DNA from: Mytilus trossulus
Lineage: Eukaryota
Assembly: GCF_036588685.1 (NCBI RefSeq)
Contig: NC_086375.1
Span: 75,950,001-76,014,000, forward strand
Direction of reading: 5' to 3'
Length of the DNA stretch: 64,000 nucleotides
Shown here: piece by piece, positions 50,770 to 63,368 of the stretch
Layout: each line of letters begins with the position of its first letter
How positions within the stretch are numbered: the stretch's first letter is position 1
Translations under genes and position numbers: made by a program
The notes under the pieces: generated by a model
Database searches by the model: none
What the model saw: only the letters and a program-made list of their open reading frames with translations
Told to the model about the DNA's origin: nothing

Positions 50770-51895
50770 CAACGTGATAGCAATATACGACGAAAATTTT
50801 TTTAAAATTTGCGGTCGTATAAAAATGAAGAATTTACATACCGGTACACAGTTAGATTTGGCATATCAAAGAACCCCATTTATTCAATTTTTGATGAAAT
50901 CAAACAAAGGTTAATTTTGGACCCCGATTTGGACCAACTTGAAAACTGGGCCAATAATCAAGAATCTAAGTACATTTTTAGATACAGCATATCAAAGAAC
51001 CCAACCGATTCATTTTTTGTCAAAATCAAACTAAGTTTAATTTTGGACCCTTTGGACCTAAATGTAGACCAATTTGAAAACGGGACCAAAAGTTAAGAAT
51101 CTACATACACAGTTAGATTCGGCATATCAAAGAACCCCAATTATTCAATTTTGATGAAATCAAACAAAGTTTAATTTTGGACCCTTTGGGCCCCTCATTC
51201 CTAAACGGTTGGAACCAAAACTCCCAAAATCAATATCAACCTTCCTTTTATGGTCATAAACCTTGTGTTTAAATTTCATAGATTTCTATTTACTTATACT
51301 AACGTTATGGTGCAAAAACCAAGAAAAATGCTTATTTGGGTCCCTTTTTGGCCCCTTATTCCTAAACAAATGGGACCTTAACTCCCAAAATCAATACCAA
51401 CCTTCCTTTTGTGGTCATAAACATTGTGTCTAAATTTCATAGATTTCTATTAACTTAAAACTAAAGTTATTGTGCAAAAACCAAGAATAATGCTTATTTG
51501 GGCCCTTTTTTGGCCCCTTATTCCTAAACTGTTGAAACCAAAACTCCCAAAATCATTCCCAACATTTCTTTTGTGGTCATAAACCTTGTGTCAAAATTTC
51601 ATAGATTTCTTTTAACTTAAACTAATGTTATAGTGCGAAAACCAAGAAAATGCTTATTTGGGCCCTTTTTGGCCCCTAATTCCTATAATGTTGGGACCAA
51701 AACTCCCAAAATCAATACCAACCTTCCTTTTGTGGTCATAAACCTTGTGTTAAAATTTCATAGATTTCTATTCACTTTTACTAAAGTTAGAGTGCGAAAA
51801 CTAAAAGTATTCGGACGACGACGACGCAGACAACGACGCCGACGTGATAGCAATATACGACGAAATTTTTTTCAAATTTTGCGGTCGTATAAAAA
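47951..51895. mobile_element. Helentron-type non-autonomous element (outer copy) in TRAPPC1 intron
   Basis: Starts AACCAGATGCTCCGCAGGGCG; subterminal IR TATACGAC(T/C)GCA / TGCGGTCGTATA; terminal hairpin; ~160-bp internal tandem repeats; (GAC)n; ends in A-run. Confidence 0.8.
48851..50825. mobile_element. Second copy of the same Helentron-type element nested in the first
   Basis: Same start and end sequences as the outer copy; about four 160-bp repeats at 50090-50700; (GAC)14 at 50726-50767. Confidence 0.85.
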
Positions 51896-52337
51896 CCAAT
51901 TGGCCCCTTTTTACTCCATAGAAGATAAATTCTTTCTTATTCAACTTTAGACAGCTTTGTTCTTTTAATAAATGACCTCAAGCTTTTAGACAAATTATTC
52001 AATGAGAAGTCCAAATTGCATTTGGCACTTTTCCACCGACTAGAAGGCTAGAAAGTTTATACATATATGTAAAGGACCTTTAATACATCCTTCCTGTTAG
52101 TATGGTTAAAACTAAATTCTTAGTTGACTGACTGACTGACCTACATGGGGGGCCAGTCATGCTTCAGCAATTCCCTATATAACCAACCAACTTTTTTTCC
52201 AACAAAAGGGGGGCCAGGAAATGCACTGTATTATTGATTGGTTTAACCAATTGTTCTATTAGCATGATTGGTAAAATAACAAAATGCACATTAAAATATT
52301 TTAAACACATTAATATTCGAACTACAGATGACCTTAA

Positions 52338-52888
52338 GGGGGCTCCTGGGTATAAATGAATTTTTTTTTCTAATATAGGATTTAGCTATATTTTTTCATA
52401 AATGAACTTTATCATATACTTAAACGAAAAATGAAATAAAAAAATGGGGTCACCGTTCATTTAAGCTAAAATCTGCCTCTGGGAGAAGCATACATTTTTG
52501 TTAATGTCCTTTTTTTCTGTTGAACTAATAGGAGAAAAAGAGGAAATAAAAAAATAAAAAAATAACCTAATATAAGAAATCGCTTAAATTTTACAATTAT
52601 TTAGTTTATGTACAGCTTATTTGAAAACAATAATAAAAAATATAGGTCACCGATGAGTTAAAAAAGATATTTCAAATTTAAGGCCAAAAAATGGAATTTT
52701 TGCACCAAAGGGAGATAATTTGGAGCTTTTTCAATTTTTAAAGTCATCTGGGGCCAAACCAAATAATTTTGTTGGGTTGTTTTTTGTACCATATCATAAA
52801 GTAACAACTAATAGTGTAACAAATAAAATTTGTAATGAAAAAATTAAGGTTTAATTTTTTGCTAAAATTTTTGTACCCACGATCCACC
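52338..52888. mobile_element. MITE with TTAA TSD (Kolobok-like)
   Basis: TTAA|GGGGGCTCCTGGGTATAAA ... TTTGTACCCACGATCCACC|TTAA, imperfect TIR. Confidence 0.7.
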
Positions 52889-53065
52889 TTAACACACCTG
52901 CAAGTAAACCTATAATAACCCATATCATATCACAGAATGTTCTAAGTTACTGAAAGCAAGTGTTTAAAATAATCTGCTAATGTAGAAATCATGCATAAAA
53001 GTGCAGATATAGCTTTATTTGTTAAAAGAAATCATTAGGCACATGTTTTGGTTTTTTTCTCCCAT

Positions 53066-56000
53066 TAATCAGAAGCATGATACTTACATTACTGTATATC
53101 TGATGAAGAGTGTCCCTAATCAGAAGCCCTATAGTGATACTTACATTACTGTATATCTGATGAAGAGTGTCCCTAATCAGAAGCCCTATAGTGATACTTA
53201 CATTACTGTATATCTGATGAAGAGTGTCCCATAGTGATACTTACATTACTGTATATCTGATGAAGAGTGTCCCTAATCAGAAGTCCTATAGTGATACTTA
53301 CATTACTGTATATCTGATGAAGAGTGTCCCTAATCAGAAGCCCGATAGTGATACTTACATTACTGTATATCTGATGAAGAGTGTCCCTAATCAGAAGCCC
53401 TATAGTGATACTTACATTACTGTATATCTGATGAAGAGTGTCCCTAATCAGAAGCCCTATAGTGATACTTACATTACTGTATATCTAATGAAGAGTGTCC
53501 CTAATCAGAAGCCCTATAGTGATACTTACATTACTGTATATCTGATGAAGAGTGTCCCTAATCAGAAGCCCTATAGTGATACTTACATTACTGTATATCT
53601 GATGAAGAGTGTCCCTAATCAGAAGCCTTATAGTGATACTTACATTACTGTATATCTGATGAAGAGTGTCCCTAATCAGAAGCCCTATAGTGATACTTAC
53701 ATTACTGTATATCTGATGAAGAGTGTCCCTAATCAGAAGCCCTATAGTGATACTTACATTACTGTATATCTGATGAAGAGTGTCCCTAATCAGAAGCCCT
53801 ATAGTGATACTTACATTACTGTATATCTGACGAAGAGTGTCCCTAATCAGAAGCCCTATAGTGATACTTACATTACTGTATATCTGATGAAGAGTGTCCC
53901 TAATCAGAAGCCCTATAGTGATACTTACATTACTGTATATCTGATGAAGAGTGTCCCTAATCAGAAGCCCGATAGTGATACTTACATTACTGTATATCTG
54001 ATGAAGAGTGTCCCTAATCAGAAGCCCTATAGTGATACTTACATTACTGTATATCTGATGAAGAGTGTCCCTAATCAGAAGCCCTATACTTACATTACTG
54101 TATATCTGATGAAGAGTGTCCCTAATCAGAAGCCCTATAGTGATACTTACATTACTGTATATCTGATGAAGAGTGTCCCTAATCAGAAGCCCTATAGTGA
54201 TACTTACATTACTGTATATCTGATGAAGAGTGTCCCTAATCAGAAGCCCTATAGTGATACTTACATTACTGTATATCTGATGAAGAGTGTCCCTAATCAG
54301 AAGCCCGATAGTGATACTTACATTACTGTATATCTGATGAAGAGTGTCCCTAATCAGAAGCCCGATAGTGATACTTACATTACTGTATATCTGATGAAGA
54401 GTGTCCCTAATCAGAAGCCCTATAGTGATACTTACATTACTGTATATCTGATGAAGAGTGTCCCTAATCAGAAGCCCGATAGTGATACTTACATTACTGT
54501 ATATCTTATGAAGAGTGTCCCTAATCAGAAGCCCGATAGTGATACTTACATTACTGTATATCTGATGAAGAGTGTCCCTAATCAGAAGCCCTATAGTGAT
54601 ACTTACATTACTGTATATCTGATGAAGAGTGTCCCTAATCAGAAGCCCGATAGTGATACTTACATTACTGTATATCTGATGAAGAGTGTCCCTAATCAGA
54701 AGCCCGATAGTGATACTTACATTACTGTATATCTGATGAAGAGTGTCCCTAATCAGAAGCCCTATAGTGATACTTACATTACTGTATATCTGATGAAGAG
54801 TGTCCCTAATTAGAAGCCCTATAGTGATACTTACATTACTGTATATCTGATGAAGAGTGTCCCTAATCAGAAGCCCGATAGTGATACTTACATTACTGTA
54901 TATCTGATGAAGAGTGTCCCTAATCAGAAGCCCGATAGTGATACTTACATTACTGTATATCTGATGAAGAGTGTCCCTAATCAGAAGCCCTATAGTGATA
55001 CTTACATTACTGTATATCTGATGAAGAGTGTCCCTAATCAGAAGCCCGATAGTGATACTTACATTACTGTATATCTGATGAAGAGTGTCCCTAATCAGAA
55101 GCCCGATAGTGATACTTACATTACTGTATATCTGATGAAGAGTGTCCCTAATCAGAAGCCCGATAGTGATACTTACATTACTGTATATCTGATGAAGAGT
55201 GTCCCTAATCAGAAGCCCTATAGTGATACTTACATTACTGTATATCTGATGAAGAGTGTCCCTAATCAGAAGCCCTATAGTGATACTTACATTACTGTAT
55301 ATCTGATGAAGAGTGTCCCTAATCAGAAGCCCTATAGTGATACTTACATTACTGTATATCTGATGAAGAGTGTCCCTAATCAGAAGTCCTATAGTGATAC
55401 TTACATTACTGTATATCTGATGAAGAGTGTCCCTAATCAGAAGCCCGATAGTGATACTTACATTACTGTATATCTGATGAAGAGTGTCCCTAATCAGAAG
55501 TCCTATAGTGATACTTACATTACTGTATATCTGATGAAGAGTGTCCCTAATCAGAAGCCCTATAGTGATACTTACATTACTGTATATCTGATGAAGAGTG
55601 TCCCTAATCAGAAGCCCTATAGTGATACTTACATTACTGTATATCTGATGAAGAGTGTCCCTAATCAGAAGCCCTATAGTGATACTTACATTACTGTATA
55701 TCTGATGAAGAGTGTCCCTAATCAGAAGCCCTATAGTGATACTTACATTACTGTATATCTGATGAAGAGTGTCCCTAATCAGAAGCCCGATAGTGATACT
55801 TACATTACTGTATATCTGATGAAGAGTGTCCCTAATCAGAAGCCTTATAGTGATACTTACATTACTGTATATCTGATGAAGAGTGTCCCTAATCAGAAGC
55901 CCTATAGTGATACTTACATTACTGTATATCTGATGAAGAGTGTCCCTAATCAGAAGCCCTATAGTGATACTTACATTACTGTATATCTGATGAAGAGTGT

Positions 56001-59000
56001 CCCTAATCAGAAGCCCGATAGTGATACTTACATTACTGTATATCTGATGAAGAGTGTCCCTAATCAGAAGCCCGATAGTGATACTTACATTACTGTATAT
56101 CTGATGAAGAGTGTCCCTAATCAGAAGCCTTATAGTGATACTTACATTACTGTATATCTGATGAAGAGTGTCCCTAATCAGAAGCCCTATAGTGATACTT
56201 ACATTACTGTATATCTGATGAAGAGTGTCCCTAATCAGAAGCCCTATAGTGATACTTACATTACTGTATATCTGATGAAGAGTGTCCCTAATCAGAAGCC
56301 CTATAGTGATACTTACATTACTGTATATCTGATGAAGAGTGTCCCTAATCAGAAGCCCTATAGTGATACTTACATTACTGTATATCTGATGAAGAGTGTC
56401 CCTAATCAGAAGCCCTATAGTGATACTTACATTACTGTATATCTGATGAAGAGTGTCCCTAATCAGAAGCCCTATAGTGATACTTACATTACTGTATATC
56501 TGATGAAGAGTGTCCCTAATCAGAAGCCCGATAGTGATACTTACATTACTGTATATCTGATGAAGAGTGTCCCTAATCAGAAGCCCTATAGTGATACTTA
56601 CATTACTGTATATCTGATGAAGAGTGTCCCTAATCAGAAGCCCTATAGTGATACTTACATTACTGTATATCTGATGAAGAGTGTCCCTAATCAGAAGCCC
56701 GATAGTGATACTTACATTACTGTATATCTGATGAAGAGTGTCCCTAATCAGAAGCCCGATAGTGATACTTACATTACTGTATATCTGATGAAGAGTGTCC
56801 CTAATCAGAAGCCCTATAGTGATACTTACATTACTGTATATCTGATGAAGAGTGTCCCTAATCAGAAGCCCTATAGTGATACTTACATTACTGTATATCT
56901 GATGAAGAGTGTCCCTAATCAGAAGCCCGATAGTGATACTTACATTACTGTATATCTGATGAAGAGTGTCCCTAATCAGAAGCCCTATAGTGATACTTAC
57001 ATTACTGTATATCTGATGAAGAGTGTCCCTAATCAGAAGCCCGATAGTGATACTTACATTACTGTATATCTGATGAAGAGTGTCCCTAATCAGAAGCCCG
57101 ATAGTGATACTTACATTACTGTATATCTGATGAAGAGTGTCCCTAATCAGAAGCCCGATAGTGATACTTACATTACTGTATATCTGATGAAGAGTGTCCC
57201 TAATCAGAAGCCCTATAGTGATACTTACATTACTGTATATCTGATGAAGAGTGTCCCTAATCAGAAGCCCGATAGTGATACTTACATTACTGTATATCTG
57301 ATGAAGAGTGTCCCTAATCAGAAGCCCGATAGTGATACTTACATTACTGTATATCTGATGAAGAGTGTCCCTAATCAGAAGCCCGATAGTGATACTTACA
57401 TTACTGTATATCTGATGAAGAGTGTCCCTAATCAGAAGCCCTATAGTGATACTTACATTACTGTATATCTGATGAAGAGTGTCCCTTATCAGAAGCCCGA
57501 TAGTGATACTTACATTACTGTATATCTGATGAAGAGTGTCCCTAATCAGAAGCCCTATAGTGATACTTACATTACTGTATATCTGATGAAGAGTGTCCCT
57601 AATCAGAAGCCCGATAGTGATACTTACATTACTGTATATCTGATGAAGAGTGTCCCTAATCAGAAGCCCGATAGTGATACTTACATTACTGTATATCTGA
57701 TGAAGAGTGTCCCTAATCAGAAGCCCGATAGTGATACTTACATTACTGTATATCTGATGAAGAGTGTCCCTAATCAGAAGCCCTATAGTGATACTTACAT
57801 TACTGTATATCTGATGAAGAGTGTCCCTAATCAGAAGCCCGATAGTGATACTTACATTACTGTATATCTGATGAAGAGTGTCCCTAATCAGAAGCCCGAT
57901 AGTGATACTTACATTACTGTATATCTGATGAAGAGTGTCCCTAATCAGAAGCCCGATAGTGATACTTACATTACTGTATATCTGATGAAGAGTGTCCCTA
58001 ATCAGAAGCCCGATAGTGATACTTACATTACTGTATATCTGATGAAGAGTGTCCCTAATCAGAAGCCCGATAGTGATACTTACATTACTGTATATCTGAT
58101 GAAGAGTGTCCCTAATCAGAAGCCCGATAGTGATACTTACATTACTGTATATCTGATGAAGAGTGTCCCTAATCAGAAGCCCGATAGTGATACTTACATT
58201 ACTGTATATCTGATGAAGAGTGTCCCTAATCAGAAGCCCGATAGTGATACTTACATTACTGTATATCTGATGAAGAGTGTCCCATAGTGATACTTACATT
58301 ACTGTATATCTGATGAAGAGTGTCCCTAATCAGAAGTCCTATAGTGATACTTACATTACTGTATATCTGATGAAGAGTGTCCCTAATCAGAAGCCCTATA
58401 GTGATACTTACATTACTGTATATCTGATGAAGAGTGTCCCTAATCAGAAGTCCTATAGTGATACTTACATTACTGTATATCTGATGAAGAGTGTCCCTAA
58501 TCAGAAGCCCTATAGTGATACTTACATTACTGTATATCTGATGAAGAGTGTCCCTAATCAGAAGCCCTATAGTGATACTTACATTACTGTATATCTGATG
58601 AAGAGTGTCCCATAGTGATACTTACATTACTGTATATCTGATGAAGAGTGTCCCATAGTGATACTTACATTACTGTATATCTGATGAAGAGTGTCCCTAA
58701 TCAGAAGCCCGATAGTGATACTTACATTACTGTATATCTGATGAAGAGTGTCCCATAGTGATACTTACATTACTGTATATCTGATGAAGAGTGTCCCTAA
58801 TCAGAAGCCCGATAGTGATACTTACATTACTGTATATCTGATGAAGAGTGTCCCTAATCAGAAGCCCGATAGTGATACTTACATTACTGTATATCTGATG
58901 AAGAGTGTCCCTAATCAGAAGCCCGATAGTGATACTTACATTACTGTATATCTGATGAAGAGTGTCCCTAATCAGAAGCCCTATAGTGATACTTACATTA

Positions 59001-59809
59001 CTGTATATCTGATGAAGAGTGTCCCTAATCAGAAGCCCTATAGTGATACTTACATTACTGTATATCTGATGAAGAGTGTCCCTAATCAGAAGCCCGATAG
59101 TGATACTTACATTACTGTATATCTGATGAAGAGTGTCCCTAATCAGAAGTCCTATAGTGATACTTACATTACTGTATATCTGATGAAGAGTGTCCCTAAT
59201 CAGAAGCCCGATAGTGATACTTACATTACTGTATATCTGATGAAGAGTGTCCCTAATCAGAAGCCCGATAGTGATACTTACATTACTGTATATCTGATGA
59301 AGAGTGTCCCTAATCAGAAGCCCGATAGTGATACTTACATTACTGTATATCTGATGAAGAGTGTCCCTAATCAGAAGCCCTATAGTGATACTTACATTAC
59401 TGTATATCTGATGAAGAGTGTCCCTAATCAGAAGCCCTATAGTGATACTTACATTACTGTATATCTGATGAAGAGTGTCCCTAATCAGAAGCATGATACT
59501 TACATTACTGTATATCTGATGAAGAGTGTCCCTAATCAGAAGCATGATACTTACATTACTGTATATCTGATGAAGAGTGTCCCTAATCAGAAGCATGATA
59601 CTTACATTACTGTATATCTGATGAAGAGTGTCCCTAATCAGAAGCCCGATAGTGATACTTACATTACTGTATATCTGATGAAGAGTGTCCCTAATCAGAA
59701 GCCCCATAGTGAGACTTACATTACTGTATATCTGATGAAGAGTGTCCCTAATCAGAAGCCCGATAGTGATACTTACATTACTGTATATCTGATGAAGAGT
59801 GTCCCTAAT
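53066..59809 (-). repeat. Minisatellite of about 120 units (57 bp; rare 51- and 43-bp variants) made of the TRAPPC1 exon 3 / intron 3 junction
   Basis: Minus-strand unit: ATTAGGGACACTCTTCATCAGATATACAGTAAT|GTAAGTATCACTAT(A/C)GGGCTTCTG; the first 33 nt are identical to the end of the exon at 59777-59809; array length fits 110x57 + 5x51 + 5x43. Confidence 0.98.
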
Positions 59810-59915
59810 ATTTCCAACACCAAGGTCTGTATTTATCACGATCTTCAGTCCAGATGGGGTTTCATAAAAATGGAGTTTGTATTTGTTTGTCTTAAAATTC
59901 AAAAATCCATCTTTT
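59777..59915 (-). CDS. TRAPPC1: TRAPPC1/BET5 coding exon 3 (139 bp)
   Basis: CTAG acceptor, KDGFLNFKTNKYKLHFYETPSGLKIVINTDLGVGNIRDTLHQIYSN, GTAAGT donor; phase-compatible with flanking exons. Confidence 0.95.
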
Positions 59916-60581
59916 CTAGTTATAAGTCAAGGAAATCAAGTATACAATATATAAAAGACATGACACATTATTAATAAAATTTGTTTTTTTTCTAAATTTG
60001 GGGTTGTTTTTAAGAAAAGTGCTTGATGTTTATTTTTTTTTACATAAATCAGGCTATTTGTTTTTTGGTTTTGAATTGTTTGCAATTAACATTTCAAAAG
60101 TGGATCCAGAATATAAAACTTAACCAACATTTTCAGTGAAACAGGTAAAAAGAATGAATTAACCATTTAACAATAAATGTTGTGTCATTAGTGAGGGAGG
60201 TCTGGGCAGCTGTATTTGTCATGCCATGTCAAGCTTGTATAACAAACTATGCAGTTAGTATGGGTTTTGCTAATTGTTGAATGCACTATTGTGAACTATA
60301 GTTCCTTTGGTCTTTGGTGGAAAGTTGTATCATTGGCAATCATACCTAATATATTATTTTCATGTCTATAATTGTTGACTGTTAATCATAACAAATCTGA
60401 GCTCCATAGTAAAATTTCAAGAATATTTCTATAGTATATTGTTTTGTTTTTTGAATATATTTTTTTCAATTGGGATGGTATTTTATAAATTGTAAAATCA
60501 AATTAAGAGACAACGCTCTCGGAGTATGTTAATAATCTTCAATTATTCAAGGATAGCTAGCTATATAATATAGGACTTTAA

Positions 60582-60846
60582 GGTGGTACCTAACCCTACA
60601 GGGAGATAACTCTGTAAAGTCAGCTAAACGTTTTAATTACATTGTGTTGTAAAAGGAATATTAAGCTTCTCAATGATCAAAATTGGTGTTTGTCAAACTG
60701 CTATATAAACAGTGTAATTTTTCTGACAAAACGGTTGGTTCATAAATTTTTATATTTTCGTTAAAGGGTCAAAGTAAATAATTTGACCAAATTTTATGAA
60801 AATTAAACAAGCCAAATTAATTTTAGTGAAAGTGTTGGGTACCACC
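60582..60846. mobile_element. MITE with TTAA TSD (Kolobok-like), 265 bp
   Basis: TTAA|GGTGGTACCTAAC ... GTTGGGTACCACC|TTAA. Confidence 0.8.
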
Positions 60847-61025
60847 TTAAAGAAGAATATGTTCATTCATTGTACATGTAAGGTTTTTTAAATTGAAATA
60901 CTGGCATTTGATGTATATTTAAAAGTCTTGCCTTCTTGCATAGTGATACATGTTGGGGTTAGTTTAATAAAGAATCATTGAACATTTAAATGATAAAGTA
61001 ATTTTCCTGAATTCTATAAGGATAC

Positions 61026-61096
61026 AAATCTGCTGGTGATATCCTACTGACAAACGACTTGATGGAATGTATCATACCATACATCAATTTAAACTC
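61026..61096 (-). CDS. TRAPPC1: TRAPPC1/BET5 coding exon 2 (71 bp)
   Basis: TTTGCAG acceptor, EFKLMYGMIHSIKSFVSRISPADL, GT donor in phase 2; matches TRAPPC1 EYKLMYGMLFSIRSFVSKMSP. Confidence 0.95.
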
Positions 61097-61137
61097 CTGC
61101 AAAATATATATATCATTACATTTTGTGCAATAATTAT

Positions 61138-61412
61138 AGATTATCGTTGATTATCTCAACGAGATTGATTTTCTCGCTTGAGCTGGAACAGCGAAAGTGA
61201 GAAAAGGAATCGAGTTGAGATGACCAATGATAATCTGTTTATCGCCATTTTACCTATATATGAGACGTTGTCAATTTAAATGTCAATTTCGTTAGCAACG
61301 CCATGTGACCTCCTTAGTTTCTAGCAATAATTTTTCCATATCAAGCGAGTAGCATGATATGAAAATTATCACAAAAAAAGATCAAAGGAAAAATGCACAA
61401 AATAGCGATAAA
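61138..61412. repeat. Short hairpin-rich element
   Basis: AGATTATCGTTG..TCTCAAC..TTTTCTC pairs imperfectly with GAGAAAA..GTTGAGA..CAATGATAATCT; second IR TTTATCGCCATTT / AAATAGCGATAAA. Confidence 0.5.
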
Positions 61413-62653
61413 CACTTTTCTATACTACATGTACGTAACAGTACATGATGTACATTTTTTTTCATCATACAAATGCATTTAACATTATAAAGGCGACTTC
61501 TTCAATATATATGTTTGCAAAGTTTTAGACTGCAGTTAATAATTAATTAAAAATTATTCAAATAAGAATATATGTACATGTACAATCATGCCCTGCTGGC
61601 ACGTAGTTACATATATCACATTTCAATGTTCAGCAAAAATATGAAATCTAATTTTCAATACATTGTATCTATATCTAATAGTTCACTTCATAGCTGCATT
61701 TAATCAAACTGTTTTTTACCTTATACAATGTACTGAATTTATACTGGATGGTTGACAACAACACATAATGATATTAATGGGCCTCTTAAATCCCCTCATA
61801 GTGTTTTTAGGACTTTTTGGCCATCAGAGCCCATTACACATTACATGTAGAAAACCTTGAAATTGCTGATCAGTACCGAGATGAAAAGTTTCTATCTCAA
61901 AATTATAAAAGATCCACTGTCAACATGGTAAAGCAAATAAATCACATGCCATTTGTATCCTTACTCTTTTCTCCTCATAAAAATGAAAATATGTACATTT
62001 TAATTATTTTAATCAATAATAACCTCCTGTGGTCCATGGCATTAATAAACAAAAGTTGTATTCCCCTTTAACCACCAACCTAACTAATTGGCAGTAAGAA
62101 GTCACAGCAAAAATTGAAATTTAATTGAAGATGTCATTATTTGGAATGTATGTACCATCAACCCTAAAAAAAAATACAAACTTCAGTCAGATAATGTTTA
62201 AATGTTAACCATGTTAACAGAACCTAATTACAGGTCACTGTTCAGGCTTCAACAACATGAACAATGAGGAAATCCATACTGAATAGTAACAAAATATAAA
62301 ATGACAATAAGGCCAAAATAAAAATATGGTTTGTTTCCCCTCGCCCGACCGACTCAGAGAAATCCCGCCGACTCAAAAGTTTTTATTCCGTTTTTTTGCA
62401 ACATTTTTTTTTTATTTCCGGAAATTTTTCGGGGTTGTTTCCAGTGCCGATGATCATTTTATGGTGACCAAAAATCAGCGGTATTGTTTTTGAATTTCAA
62501 ACATCCTGTATTATTTTGAACACATTCCGATCACGTGATCGACTGGTTTATTTATCCGAGAGATCGTTAATTCACCCATGTCAAATATCGTAGGGACCAG
62601 TTCAATAAATGATCAAAATGGCGCCATTTGCAAAACTTTTACTGCCAAATTAA

Positions 62654-63368
62654 CACAGGCACTTGTTTCTGTCAATATGGGGTTTACTATCAATACCAGT
62701 ATAAAAAAAACACAAGGTAGCTAACGGGAATTTTCAATGTGTTCGCTTCAACCAATATTTTATTACTTTCCCTTGCCCCTTTCACGAATAAAAATACACC
62801 AGTCTTTCGGTAATTGATTTATCTTTACAATGAAACAACTCTCACGTACCTTGAGAATACCCCTCAAACAGAATAACACACTTGAGATGAGAATTATTGA
62901 CCTTTTTCCAGACCATTGAATTTGGAAGTACTAAACTTCCGGTTTACTTAGGAAGTTAATAAAACTGTGTAATCTGATTGGTCACATTTTTCTGGTTTCT
63001 GGTAACTAATATAAATAAACAGGTAACCAGATGAATTCGACCAATCAGATTGCTGTGTTATATTAACTTCCTAAGTAAACCGGAAGTTTAGTCCTTCCAA
63101 ATTCAATGGTCTGGAAAAAGGTCAATAATTCTCATCTCAAGTGTGTTATTCTGTTTGAGGGGTATTCTCAAGGTACGTGAGAGTTGTTTCATTGTAAAGA
63201 TAAATCAATTACCGAAAGACTGGTGTACTTTTATTCGTGAAAGGGGCAAGGGAAAGTAATAAAATATTGGTTGAAGCGAACACATTGAAAATTCCCGTTA
63301 GCTACCTTGTGTTTTTTTTATACTGGTATTGATAGTAAACCCCATATTGACAGAAACAAGTGCCTGTG
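62654..63368. mobile_element. Fold-back MITE, P-element-like (715 bp, ~308-bp near-perfect arms)
   Basis: CACAGGCACTTG.. / ..CAAGTGCCTGTG termini; 8-bp TSD CAAATTAA (62646-62653, 63369-63376); only two arm mismatches seen. Confidence 0.92.

Noticed and set aside
48608-51950. ORFs of 88-105 aa with repeated peptides
   Set aside because: They lie in internal repeats of the non-autonomous Helentron-type element; no Rep or helicase motifs
53066-59809. CRISPR-like array
   Set aside because: No unique spacers, no cas genes, eukaryotic intronic context
58727-59902. 391-aa minus-strand ORF as a standalone gene
   Set aside because: It is TRAPPC1 exon 3 reading through its donor into the array; the apparent start is an internal TTG codon
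53019-59974. Long plus-strand ORFs (529, 1145, 408 aa) of MKSVPNQKPYSDTYITVYL repeats as a repeat protein
   Set aside because: By-product of a stop-free 57-bp unit antisense to TRAPPC1; broken by frameshifting units and a stop, with no unique domain
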